Shown piece after piece: positions 44,034-51,834 of a stretch of DNA of 58,631 bases. Made by a program: the position numbers and the translations under genes. The notes under the pieces were generated by a model. The model saw only the letters and a program-made list of their open reading frames with translations, had not been told where the DNA came from and ran no database searches. Each line of letters opens with the position of its first letter. The first letter of the stretch is position 1. This DNA is from Ilumatobacteraceae bacterium (GTDB taxonomy: Bacteria > Actinomycetota > Acidimicrobiia > Acidimicrobiales > Ilumatobacteraceae): contig JBBANY010000002.1 in NCBI GenBank assembly GCA_040401695.1, positions 1 to 58,631 of the forward strand, written 5' to 3'.

Positions 44034-46593
44034 GGAGGATGTCCAACTTGGCGGCGCGTCGCGCGGGACCAATGGCAGCGATGATGCCGACGACGATCGA
44101 TGCCAAGAGGATGGTGACGATCGTGCCGAACGGAATCTGCAGGGTGCTGACGAAGGTTTCGGGAAGTGCAGTTGCGACTGCCATACCGAGGGGAACGCCA
44201 ACGACGACACCGAGCGTCGCGCCGAAGACCGAAACGATGATGGCCTCCCAACGCACCGAACGCTTCAGCTGGCGTCGCGTCATGCCCACGGCGCGCAACA
44301 AGCCGAACTCGCGCGTGCGTTCGAAGACGGAGAGCGCCATCGTGTTGGCGATGCCGAGCACGGCAATCGCGATCGCGAACACGAGCAACGAGTAGACGAT
44401 GAACAGCAACTGATTCAGCTGGTCTTCCTGGCTCTGCTGGAACTCGACTCGGTCCTGCACCTCGGCACTCGGGAACTCCGTCGCCACGGCTTCGACAGCG
44501 GCACGTGCAACATCCGCATCGACGCCGTCGGCGATCTTTGCACCGATGAAGAAGTCGAGCGGAGGAGCCGACGATGCCGCGTTCAGTGTGTCGAGACTGA
44601 CGAGCCAGTTGCCGACGATCGACGAGTCGCCGTAGATCGCGCCGACTTGCAACGCAGTGACTTTGCCGTTCTGCCAGGTCATCTCGATGGTGTCGCCCAC
44701 CGACACCCCGAGGTCGCGTGCCGGGTCCTTGTGCAAGAGCACCGCACCATCGGCAATCGAATCGAAGCTGCCGCTTTGGATGTCGGCGTCGACGAGCTCA
44801 CCCATCGACGGGTCGACCGCACCGATCGACTTCGATTCGCCCTCGACCTGTGCGTTGGCGGCGCGGAACGGCGAGACGGCGCCCAGCTCGGGCAATTGGG
44901 CGAGTTTGTCGGCGAACGCGACGGGCAGGCCCTGGAAGCCGCTGTTGGTGACGTAGAAGTCGGCGGTGATCGAGGTGCCGAGCGCCTTGCGCAACGTCGC
45001 CTGAACCGATGCCGCGACGACGGCGATCGTGCTGACGAGCGCGAGGCCGATCATCAGCGCCGATGCGGTCGAGGCGGTGCGTCGCGGCTGGCGCTGCGCA
45101 TTGCGGCTGGCGATGCGGCCGGGGGTCTTCCTGTTCATCGACCGACCGGGGAAGGGAAGGATGTTGCTGACGATGCGGCTGACGGGCGCGGCGACCGACT
45201 GCGAGAGGCTGGCGACGCCGAGGAAGATCATCACCGCGCCGACGGCACCTGCGAGGAGAATGCCGACCGTGCCGCCGGGCTGTGCGAAGAGACCCACGAC
45301 GAAGAGCACGATGCCGACAACCAGAGTCGTCGTCGCAACGACGAGGCGTTTGTTGCGCTGCAGGCTCGAGAAGCCGACCTCGGGCCGCATTGCGGCGACC
45401 GGGGGAATGCGTCCGGCGCGAGCCGCCGGAACGAACGCTGCGAGCAGCGTGACGCCGACACCGACCAACAGCGACACCGCAATGGTGCGGGCCGAGATGA
45501 CCGTCGACGCCGACGGGAACGCCGCGCCGGTCGCATTGAACAGTGCGGTGATGCCCTTCGAGACGAGAACGCCGCCCGCGATGCCAAGGGCAGTCGCCAG
45601 CAGACCGATGATTCCCGACTCGCCCAGGATCATCATGCGGATCTGACGGATGTCGGCGCCGATCGCGCGCAGCAATGCGAGCTCGCGCAGGCGCTGGCTG
45701 ACGATGATGGCGAAGGTGTTGAAGATGAGGAACGCACTGACGAAGAGCGAGATGGCGGCAAACCCGAGCAGCACCTTGCCGAAGATGTCGATGATGTCGT
45801 TGATCGCGCCCGCGGTTTCCTTCGCCGACTGGTCGCCGGTGATGACCTCGTAGGGGGAGCCGGAGGCGTCCGCGCCGATCGCAGCGGCAACGGCGTCTTG
45901 CACCGCGCCTTGCGAGGCACCGGCGGCAAGTCCGATGAAGATTGAGTCGACGCGGCCGTTCGTGCCGAGGAACTCGTCGGCCGTCGCGGGATCGAACGCG
46001 CTGACGCTGGCACCCCCGCCGCCTTCGGTGGTCTTCGTGCCGGTGAGCCCGACCAGGGTGAAGTCAGCGCTGCCGTTCGGGCCGACGATCGGCACCGTCT
46101 CGCTGAGTTCGTACCCGGCGCGCTCGGCCGACTTCTTGTCGATCGCCACTTCGCCCGCACCGCGGGCCTCGCGACCTTCGAGAACGAGACGGCCGTCGAG
46201 GCCCTCGGTTCCGTACCACGCGATGCCGAACGACGGCCCCGAGGTTTGCAGTGGCTTGCCGTTCTTCTTGATGATCGTCGCCTGACGCAGGATGTTCACC
46301 TCGACGGTTCGAACACCTTCGACCTTGGCGATGTCGGCAACGAGCGAGTCGGGAACGGGGTCGCGCTGCGCCGTGGCCTCGTCGCCGAACGCGATGCGCG
46401 CGCGAACCTCGAGGTCGACGTCACCCTGGAGTTCGTCGAACAGGCCGTTGATCGCGCCCTTCACGCTGTCGGTGAGCATGAACGCGCCCGATACAAAGGC
46501 GACGCCGAGAACGATTGCGAAAGCGGTGAGCAGAACGCGGAACTTGCGTGCCAGCACACCGCGGATGGTCAGTCGAACGACGGGGGAGGACAT
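44014..46593 (-). CDS. ABC transporter permease with two FtsX-like domains (MacB/YbbP-type)
   Basis: 859 aa with an N-terminal TM, a large extracytoplasmic domain and an FtsX 4-TM block, all duplicated. Confidence 0.9.
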   Translation of the reverse strand: MSSPVVRLTIRGVLARKFRVLLTAFAIVLGVAFVSGAFMLTDSVKGAINGLFDELQGDVDLEVRARIAFGDEATAQRDPVPDSLVADIAKVEGVRTVEVNILRQATIIKKNGKPLQTSGPSFGIAWYGTEGLDGRLVLEGREARGAGEVAIDKKSAERAGYELSETVPIVGPNGSADFTLVGLTGTKTTEGGGGASVSAFDPATADEFLGTNGRVDSIFIGLAAGASQGAVQDAVAAAIGADASGSPYEVITGDQSAKETAGAINDIIDIFGKVLLGFAAISLFVSAFLIFNTFAIIVSQRLRELALLRAIGADIRQIRMMILGESGIIGLLATALGIAGGVLVSKGITALFNATGAAFPSASTVISARTIAVSLLVGVGVTLLAAFVPAARAGRIPPVAAMRPEVGFSSLQRNKRLVVATTTLVVGIVLFVVGLFAQPGGTVGILLAGAVGAVMIFLGVASLSQSVAAPVSRIVSNILPFPGRSMNRKTPGRIASRNAQRQPRRTASTASALMIGLALVSTIAVVAASVQATLRKALGTSITADFYVTNSGFQGLPVAFADKLAQLPELGAVSPFRAANAQVEGESKSIGAVDPSMGELVDADIQSGSFDSIADGAVLLHKDPARDLGVSVGDTIEMTWQNGKVTALQVGAIYGDSSIVGNWLVSLDTLNAASSAPPLDFFIGAKIADGVDADVARAAVEAVATEFPSAEVQDRVEFQQSQEDQLNQLLFIVYSLLVFAIAIAVLGIANTMALSVFERTREFGLLRAVGMTRRQLKRSVRWEAIIVSVFGATLGVVVGVPLGMAVATALPETFVSTLQIPFGTIVTILLASIVVGIIAAIGPARRAAKLDILHAITTV

Positions 46594-46599
46594 GGCTGG

Positions 46600-47388
46600 T
46601 CAGGCGAGACGCTTCATGCGGTCGAGCACTCGCTCGGCAGTGGGCTCGCTGATCTCATCGACGACCTTGCCGTCGGCGAGGAAGATGACTCGATCGGCGT
46701 ACGAGGCCGCATTCGGGTCGTGGGTGACCATGACGATGGTCTGGCCGAATTCGCTGACGGCGCGACGCATGAATCCCAACACGTCGGAACTGGACTTGCT
46801 GTCGAGGTTGCCCGTCGGCTCGTCGGCGAAGATGATCTTTGGCTTGCTTGCCAGCGCGCGTGCCACGGCGACGCGCTGCTGCTGGCCACCCGACAGTTCC
46901 GCCGGTTTGTGGTCGAGACGATCACGCAGACCGACTGCGTCGATGACGCGGTCGACCCACGGCGCATCGGGCTCGACGTCGCCCAAGTCGAGTGGCAGTT
47001 CGATGTTCTCGCGCGCAGTAAGCGTGGGAATGAGGTTGAAGGCCTGGAAGACGAATCCCACCTGTTCGCGGCGCACGTGCGTGAGTTGGCGTTCACTCAG
47101 GGTCGCCAGATCGACGTCGCCGATGAACGCACGCCCCGACGTGAGCGAATCGAGTCCCGCGAGACAGTGCATGAGGGTCGACTTGCCCGAGCCACTGGGG
47201 CCCATGATCGCGGTGAATTCACCGCTGCGGAATTCGACCGAGATACCGTCGAGGGCGCGCACTTCGCTGTCACCCTTGCCGTAGATCTTCGATGCGTCGA
47301 CGGCGCTGGCCGCTGCCGTGTGTGCCGTGTGTGCCGTGTGTGCCGTGTGGGCCGTGTGTTCTTGGGGAACCGAGGGGGTTGAGTTCAC
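46600..47388 (-). CDS. ABC transporter ATP-binding protein (MacB/LolD-type) with an N-terminal (HTA)x5 repeat
   Basis: [25 protein letters not shown] and IIFADEPTGNLD motifs. GTG start at 47388. The N-terminal extension contains HTAHTAHTAHTAHTA. Confidence 0.9.
   Translation of the reverse strand: MNSTPSVPQEHTAHTAHTAHTAHTAAASAVDASKIYGKGDSEVRALDGISVEFRSGEFTAIMGPSGSGKSTLMHCLAGLDSLTSGRAFIGDVDLATLSERQLTHVRREQVGFVFQAFNLIPTLTARENIELPLDLGDVEPDAPWVDRVIDAVGLRDRLDHKPAELSGGQQQRVAVARALASKPKIIFADEPTGNLDSKSSSDVLGFMRRAVSEFGQTIVMVTHDPNAASYADRVIFLADGKVVDEISEPTAERVLDRMKRLA
47314..47358. repeat. 9-bp tandem repeat (TGCCGTGTG x4 + GGCCGTGTG), in-frame within the ABC ATPase 5' end
   Basis: Read directly from the sequence at 47314..47358. 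It encodes (His-Thr-Ala)x5 on the minus strand. Confidence 0.9.
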
Positions 47389-47425
47389 TAGTCTGTTCTA
47401 CAAGGCACACGACGGGGGTGACAAC

Positions 47426-47758
47426 GTGAGAGTTGATCCGGCAGCAAATGAGCATCTGCATCCGTACCTCACGTCGCTCGGTGAGAAAGTCGAGACCGCG
47501 TGCCCGGGCCGCACCGCAGAAGTGATCAGCAACGCAATTCGTGGCGCCCTCGGACTGCCGCGCGTTGACGTCGACGAACTCACTGCTGCCGAGTCGACCG
47601 TGCACATGATTGCCGAGCAGTTCGTGATCGACGTGCACGGGGTCACCGACCAGCAGTTCGCCGCGTTGAAGCAGCATTACGCCGAACCGGAAATCGTTGC
47701 GATGCTTTTCCGCATGGCGCTCGCCGACGGCCTGGGCAAGTTGGAGAAGGTGGCCTGA
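47426..47758 (+). CDS. small hypothetical protein, possibly CMD/AhpD-like helical domain
   Basis: GTG at 47426 is preceded by GACGGGGG. 110 aa with coding-like usage. The stop overlaps the next ATG (TGATG). The upstream part of track ORF 47318..47758 lies in the 9-bp repeat and is not credible. Confidence 0.5.
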   Translation: MRVDPAANEHLHPYLTSLGEKVETACPGRTAEVISNAIRGALGLPRVDVDELTAAESTVHMIAEQFVIDVHGVTDQQFAALKQHYAEPEIVAMLFRMALADGLGKLEKVA

Positions 47759-48282
47759 TGTCGACAACACCGCGTCTCGCGCCGGTCGATCCGAATGCCC
47801 GCTCGGTATTCGGGTCGATACTCGCTCACCAGCCCGGTCTCGCGGCCGCGTTTTTCGAACTGTACGGAGAGTTCTGGAACCGCGGTGTCCTCGACCATGC
47901 GTCGAAGGAGACCGCGCGTGTGCGCAATGCGCGCATCACCGACTGCGGGTATTGACGCAACGTCCGCTTCACGGTCGTGGAGCAGCGCAACCTGACGGAA
48001 GACGAAGTCGACCTCATCGACGACGATTACGCATCGTCACGTCTTGCCGAACGCCAGAAGCTCGCCATCACGTTCGCCGACGCGTTTCTTTCGGCGCAGG
48101 GCCCTCCATCGGCTGACGTGCAGACGCGCATCGAAGAAGAGTTCAACCCCGCCGAACTTGCCGAACTGGGTATCGGCCTCGCCCTCTTCCACGGCTTCAG
48201 CAAGATGCTCATCATCTCGGGCTGTGAACCCGAAGAGATGGACACCACGGTGCTGGCCGCCCCCGGCAGCCAACCCCGCTGA
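47758..48282 (+). CDS. carboxymuconolactone decarboxylase/AhpD-like protein with in-frame TGA at codon 66 (candidate selenocysteine, C-G-Y-U; alternatively a nonsense pseudogene)
   Basis: Track ORFs 47758..47955 and 47977..48282 share one frame and are separated only by TGA at 47953..47955. The TGA falls at the second Cys position of the family CxxC motif (RVRNARITDCGY*RNVR). A SECIS-like hairpin follows. Confidence 0.5.
47961..47987 (+). other. SECIS-like stem-loop downstream of the in-frame TGA
   Basis: Core stem GCUUCAC (47966..47972) pairs with GUGGAGC (47977..47983), with apical loop GGUC (47973..47976) 17 nt after the UGA. A possible interrupted lower stem runs 47961-47964 / 47985-47987. 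Confidence 0.45.
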
Positions 48283-48287
48283 CGCGT

Positions 48288-48896
48288 CTACCAACCGTCG
48301 TAGTGGACGACTTCGGACACGTCCTTGCGTGACACCGGCCCCGTCGGACCGTCGGGGAAGCCGAGGGGAATGGTCGTGCCGATGAACACCTCATCGGGGA
48401 TGCGCAGGATGCGACGAATGTCGGCTTCGAACATGCCGTGCAGCGTGGTGAAAGCGGCACCGAGACCCAGTGCGCGCGCAGCGACGACGAGGTTCTGGCT
48501 CGCCGCATAGACGGCTGAATACATGAAGGTCTCGCGCGGCGCGCCGGGCGGATAGATGTTGTGTCCGCACACGAAAATGATGCACGGGAAGTTGCCCATG
48601 TTCGCGCCGAGATTCTTCGCGCCGGCAAGGGTGCGACGGTCGACTGCACTTTCGGGTACCGGCATCGCCGCAACGCGATCGGCGAACGGCTTGAACAGGT
48701 CGCCCAGTTCCTTTCGCACGGCCGGGTCGGTGACGACGACGAAGTCCCACCCCTGTGTGTTGTTCGGGCTGCTGGCCCGTGTCGCGGCCCACAGCACCTT
48801 GTCGAGCAATTCCTGGGGCACGGGGTCCGGCTTGAAGAAGCGCATCGCGCGCGCGGTTCCCATTGCTTCGAATACGTCCATCGAGCCTTTGTCCAT
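48288..48896 (-). CDS. nitroreductase-family protein
   Basis: 202 aa. RAMRFFKPDPVPQELLDKVLWAATRASSPNNTQGWDFVVV is a typical nitroreductase N-terminus. Confidence 0.85.
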   Translation of the reverse strand: MDKGSMDVFEAMGTARAMRFFKPDPVPQELLDKVLWAATRASSPNNTQGWDFVVVTDPAVRKELGDLFKPFADRVAAMPVPESAVDRRTLAGAKNLGANMGNFPCIIFVCGHNIYPPGAPRETFMYSAVYAASQNLVVAARALGLGAAFTTLHGMFEADIRRILRIPDEVFIGTTIPLGFPDGPTGPVSRKDVSEVVHYDGW

Positions 48897-48960
48897 GGCC
48901 CTATCGTGACACTTCCCACACGGGGCGGCGACACACGCGTCGACAACACGGAAGAATGGG

Positions 48961-49458
48961 GTGATGGAGGTGATCGAAACCGGGTTGATCGTGGGTCGAT
49001 TCCATCCGCCCCACCTTGGTCACTCCTGGTTCATCGACGAAGCCTCACAGCGTTGTCGTCGGCTCGTGGTGTTCGTCAACACCCGCGACGGAGAAACCGT
49101 GCCGGGCGAATTGCGCGCTCAGTGGCTGGCCGGTCTGCACCCCAAGGTCACGGTCAGGCAGGTTGCGCACGACCTCGACACCGACTGGAACGACGAAGAA
49201 CTGTGGGCGAAGTGGATCGCATTGTTCCGTGCGCACTGGCCGCACGAATCGGGCCCGCACGTGGTGTTTTCGTCGGACTCGTACGTGAGTGAACTTGCGC
49301 GTCGGCTCGGTGCGCAGGCGGTCGTTGTCGACGAGCCCCGCGTGAACGTACCGATCAGTGCCACCCAGATACGCAACGACCCACTCGGCAACCTCGGGAT
49401 GCTTGCTCCCGTGGTACGCGAGTGGGTCGAGTCGAATCACCGGCTGTTCGGCCGGTGA
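48961..49458 (+). CDS. cytidylyltransferase-fold nucleotidyltransferase (NadR/NMN adenylyltransferase-like)
   Basis: GRFHPPHLGH (HxGH motif) near the N-terminus and ISATQIR near the C-terminus. The start is GTG at 48961 or ATG at 48964. Confidence 0.7.
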   Translation: MMEVIETGLIVGRFHPPHLGHSWFIDEASQRCRRLVVFVNTRDGETVPGELRAQWLAGLHPKVTVRQVAHDLDTDWNDEELWAKWIALFRAHWPHESGPHVVFSSDSYVSELARRLGAQAVVVDEPRVNVPISATQIRNDPLGNLGMLAPVVREWVESNHRLFGR

Positions 49459-49461
49459 CGG

Positions 49462-50100
49462 CTACTTCTTGTTGGGCTGGGGGAGAACCCGCAGGTACGG
49501 CTTCACTGCCTTCCAACCACCGGGGAAGAGCGTCTTGGCTTCTTCGTCGCTGACGGCTGCGCCGATGATGACGTCGTCGCCGTCTTTCCAGTTGGCCGGC
49601 GTCGCAACCTTGTAGTTGGCGGTCAACTGCAGCGAGTCGATGACGCGCAGCACTTCGTCGAAGTTGCGTCCCGTCGAAGCGGGATACGTGATCGTCAACT
49701 TGACCTTCTTGTCGGGGCCGATGACGAACACCGAACGCACGGTGAGGGTGTCGTTCGCGTTCGGGTGGATCATGTCGTAGAGATCGCTGACCTTGCGATC
49801 GGGGTCGCCGATCATCGGGAAGTTGACGGGCGTGCCCTGCGTTTCGCCGATGTCGCCTTCCCACTTCAGGTGCGAATCGACGGGGTCGACCGACAGGCCG
49901 ATCACCTTCACGTTGCGCTTGTCGAACTCGGGCTTGATGCGTGCCACGTAGCCGAGCTCGGTGGTGCACACCGGGGTGAAGTCCTTCGGGTGGGAAAAGA
50001 GGACGCCCCACGAGGTGCCGAGCCACTCGTGGAAGTTGATCGTGCCCTGGGTGGTCTCTGCGGTGAAGTCGGGAGCGGTATCGCCAAGTCGTAGTGCCAT
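49462..50100 (-). CDS. 1-Cys peroxiredoxin (Prx6-type)
   Basis: MALRLGDTAPDF..., FSHPKDFTPVCTTELG (peroxidatic Cys). ATG at 50100; the track start at 50109 is a GTG three codons upstream. Confidence 0.9.
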   Translation of the reverse strand: MALRLGDTAPDFTAETTQGTINFHEWLGTSWGVLFSHPKDFTPVCTTELGYVARIKPEFDKRNVKVIGLSVDPVDSHLKWEGDIGETQGTPVNFPMIGDPDRKVSDLYDMIHPNANDTLTVRSVFVIGPDKKVKLTITYPASTGRNFDEVLRVIDSLQLTANYKVATPANWKDGDDVIIGAAVSDEEAKTLFPGGWKAVKPYLRVLPQPNKK

Positions 50101-50127
50101 GCGCGGCACGATAACGCTGTTTCGCCC

Positions 50128-50152
50128 AATCCCGACAACTTTGGTCGGGATT
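50128..50152. promoter_or_regulatory. perfect 9-bp inverted repeat AATCCCGAC-N7-GTCGGGATT between prx and the MFS gene
   Basis: Read directly from the sequence. It lies 28 nt upstream of the prx ATG (minus strand). It could be an operator or a 5'-UTR hairpin. Confidence 0.35.
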
Positions 50153-50166
50153 TATATTCAGATAGT

Positions 50167-50198
50167 TGACATTGTCTAGGAAAAGGTAGACACTGTCA
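50167..50198. promoter_or_regulatory. 12-bp inverted repeat TGACATTGTCTA-N8-TAGACACTGTCA overlapping a TTGACA -35 hexamer (candidate operator/promoter of the MFS gene)
   Basis: 11/12 complementary arms. TTGACA lies at 50166..50171. The right arm ends 3 nt before the ATG at 50202, which suggests a leaderless or very short-leader transcript. Confidence 0.45.
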
Positions 50199-50201
50199 GG
50201 T

Positions 50202-51749
50202 ATGAACGTTTCCGACTCCCGCGTCCATGAGCGTCGCTGGCTCATCCTTGCCGTCCTGTGTCTGTCGTTGTTCCTCGTCGTCGTCGACAACCTCATCGTC
50301 AACGTCGCGATTCCCACCCTGTCGCGCGAACTCAACGCGGGCACGTCGGCCCTGCAGTGGATCGTCGACTCGTACAGCCTCGTCTTTGCCGGCTTGCTTC
50401 TCGCAGCGGGCGGCGTCGGTGATCGCTTCGGCCGGAAGGGCACCCTGCAGATCGGTCTCGTTCTCTTCGCGATCTGTTCGACGTTCGCTGCGTTTTCCGG
50501 GTCGACCGGTTCGCTCATCTTCTGGCGCGGCGCAATGGGAATCGGTGCGGCGCTCGTGTTCCCCGCAACGCTTGCGATCGTCACCAACGTGTTCACCGAT
50601 CCGGTGGAACGGGCCAAGGCAATCGGAGTGTGGTCGGCCGTGTCGGGTGCAGCCGTTGCGTTCGGCCCCGTTGCCGGTGGACTTCTCCTCGAACATTTCT
50701 GGTGGGGTTCGGTCTTCCTCATCAACGTACCGATCGTCGCCGTGGCCCTGTTGCTCGGTGCGCGGTTCGTGCCGACGTCGAAGGATCCTTCGGGTCATCA
50801 CATCGAGCCGCTCGGTTTCATCCTGTCGATCGCGATGATCGGCTTGCTCGTCTTCACCGTCATCGAGGGGCCACACCGCGGTTGGGCGTCGGCGGCGACA
50901 CTCGGTGGGTTTGCCGCCTCTGCGGCGTTGCTTGCGGCGTTCATCGCATGGGAACTGCGCGTCACCAATCCGTTGCTCGACGTGCGCACGTTCCGCAACG
51001 CACGATTCAGCGCCGGGTCGACCGCGATCTTCATCGCCTTCTTCGCACTGTTCGGTTTCACCTTTCTCGTCACGCAGTACTTCCAATACGTCCGTGGCTA
51101 TTCCACGCTCAGTTCGGGCCTGCACACCCTGCCCTTTGCCATCGGTGCCGGTATCACCGGTCCTTCGGCCGCACGCCTCGCCCTGCGGTTCGGAACGAAG
51201 CGCGTCGTCAGTTGGGGGTTGTTCTCGATGGCGCTCGGTCTCGCGCTCGCTTCGCAGTTCGAAGCCGACACCAGCTACTGGGCGTTCGTCGTTCCGTCGA
51301 TGGTGCTGCTCGCCTCCGGTCTCGGTTGCGTGACATCACCCGCCACGGAGGCCGTGATGGGTTCTGTCACCAGGGAAAAAGCGGGTATCGCCTCGGCGGT
51401 GAACGACACCGCTCGTGAAGTCGGCGGAACGCTTGGCGTCGCCGTCGTCGGCAGCGTGTTCGCGTCGCTCTACGGACCGAAAATCCTCGACAACCTCGCC
51501 GGGCTGCCGATTCCCAAAGAGGGCCTCGACGCCGCCGAAAGTTCGATGGCCGCCGCACTCATCGTCGCCGAACGCGCACCCGCTGCCGGTCAGGGCGCCA
51601 TCGTCACCGCGGCCCGCGACGCGTTCATGAGCGGCTGGATGTCCGCGTCACTCGTTGCCGCGGGGATTGCGATCGCTGGAAGCGTGCTGACGCTGGTGTT
51701 CCTGCCGAACCGCGCCGCTTCACACGACATCTCTAGCGCAGCGGCCTGA
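50202..51749 (+). CDS. MFS transporter, DHA2 (EmrB/QacA, 14-TMS) type
   Basis: 515 aa. N-terminal RRWLILAVLCLSLFLVVVDNLIVNVAIPTLSREL and LQWIVDSYSLVFAGLLLAAGGVGDRFGRK motifs are typical of DHA2 exporters. Confidence 0.85.
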   Translation: MNVSDSRVHERRWLILAVLCLSLFLVVVDNLIVNVAIPTLSRELNAGTSALQWIVDSYSLVFAGLLLAAGGVGDRFGRKGTLQIGLVLFAICSTFAAFSGSTGSLIFWRGAMGIGAALVFPATLAIVTNVFTDPVERAKAIGVWSAVSGAAVAFGPVAGGLLLEHFWWGSVFLINVPIVAVALLLGARFVPTSKDPSGHHIEPLGFILSIAMIGLLVFTVIEGPHRGWASAATLGGFAASAALLAAFIAWELRVTNPLLDVRTFRNARFSAGSTAIFIAFFALFGFTFLVTQYFQYVRGYSTLSSGLHTLPFAIGAGITGPSAARLALRFGTKRVVSWGLFSMALGLALASQFEADTSYWAFVVPSMVLLASGLGCVTSPATEAVMGSVTREKAGIASAVNDTAREVGGTLGVAVVGSVFASLYGPKILDNLAGLPIPKEGLDAAESSMAAALIVAERAPAAGQGAIVTAARDAFMSGWMSASLVAAGIAIAGSVLTLVFLPNRAASHDISSAAA

Positions 51750-51834
51750 TTGCCTCGAGTCATGTTGCGCGGCGCACTCGGACGACACGCGGGCAACAGA
51801 GCGCCGGGTACTGGCCCCTCGCTCGAACGCCTTG

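Noticed and set aside
43957-45945. 662-aa plus-strand ORF
   Set aside because: It is antisense to the strongly supported FtsX-type permease gene. The translation is Arg/Asp/Gly/Glu low-complexity with no recognisable domain, as is typical of a spurious antisense frame in high-GC DNA.
47314-47358. The tandem repeats at 47314..47358 and 56115..56405, considered as a CRISPR array or mobile-element remnant
   Set aside because: The units are contiguous with no spacers, are multiples of 3, and lie inside coding sequence in frame. No cas, transposase or integrase genes occur anywhere in the window.
47318-47425. Upstream start of ORF 47318..47758 within the 9-bp repeat (MCAVCAVCAVWAVC...)
   Set aside because: The Cys-Ala-Val repeat is just the opposite-strand reading of the (HTA)x5 repeat of the ABC ATPase. 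GTG 47426, with an upstream purine-rich RBS, is a more credible start.
49355-50725. 456-aa minus-strand ORF spanning the prx and MFS loci
   Set aside because: It overlaps two well-supported genes on both strands. It is extremely Arg/Pro-rich with no domain.
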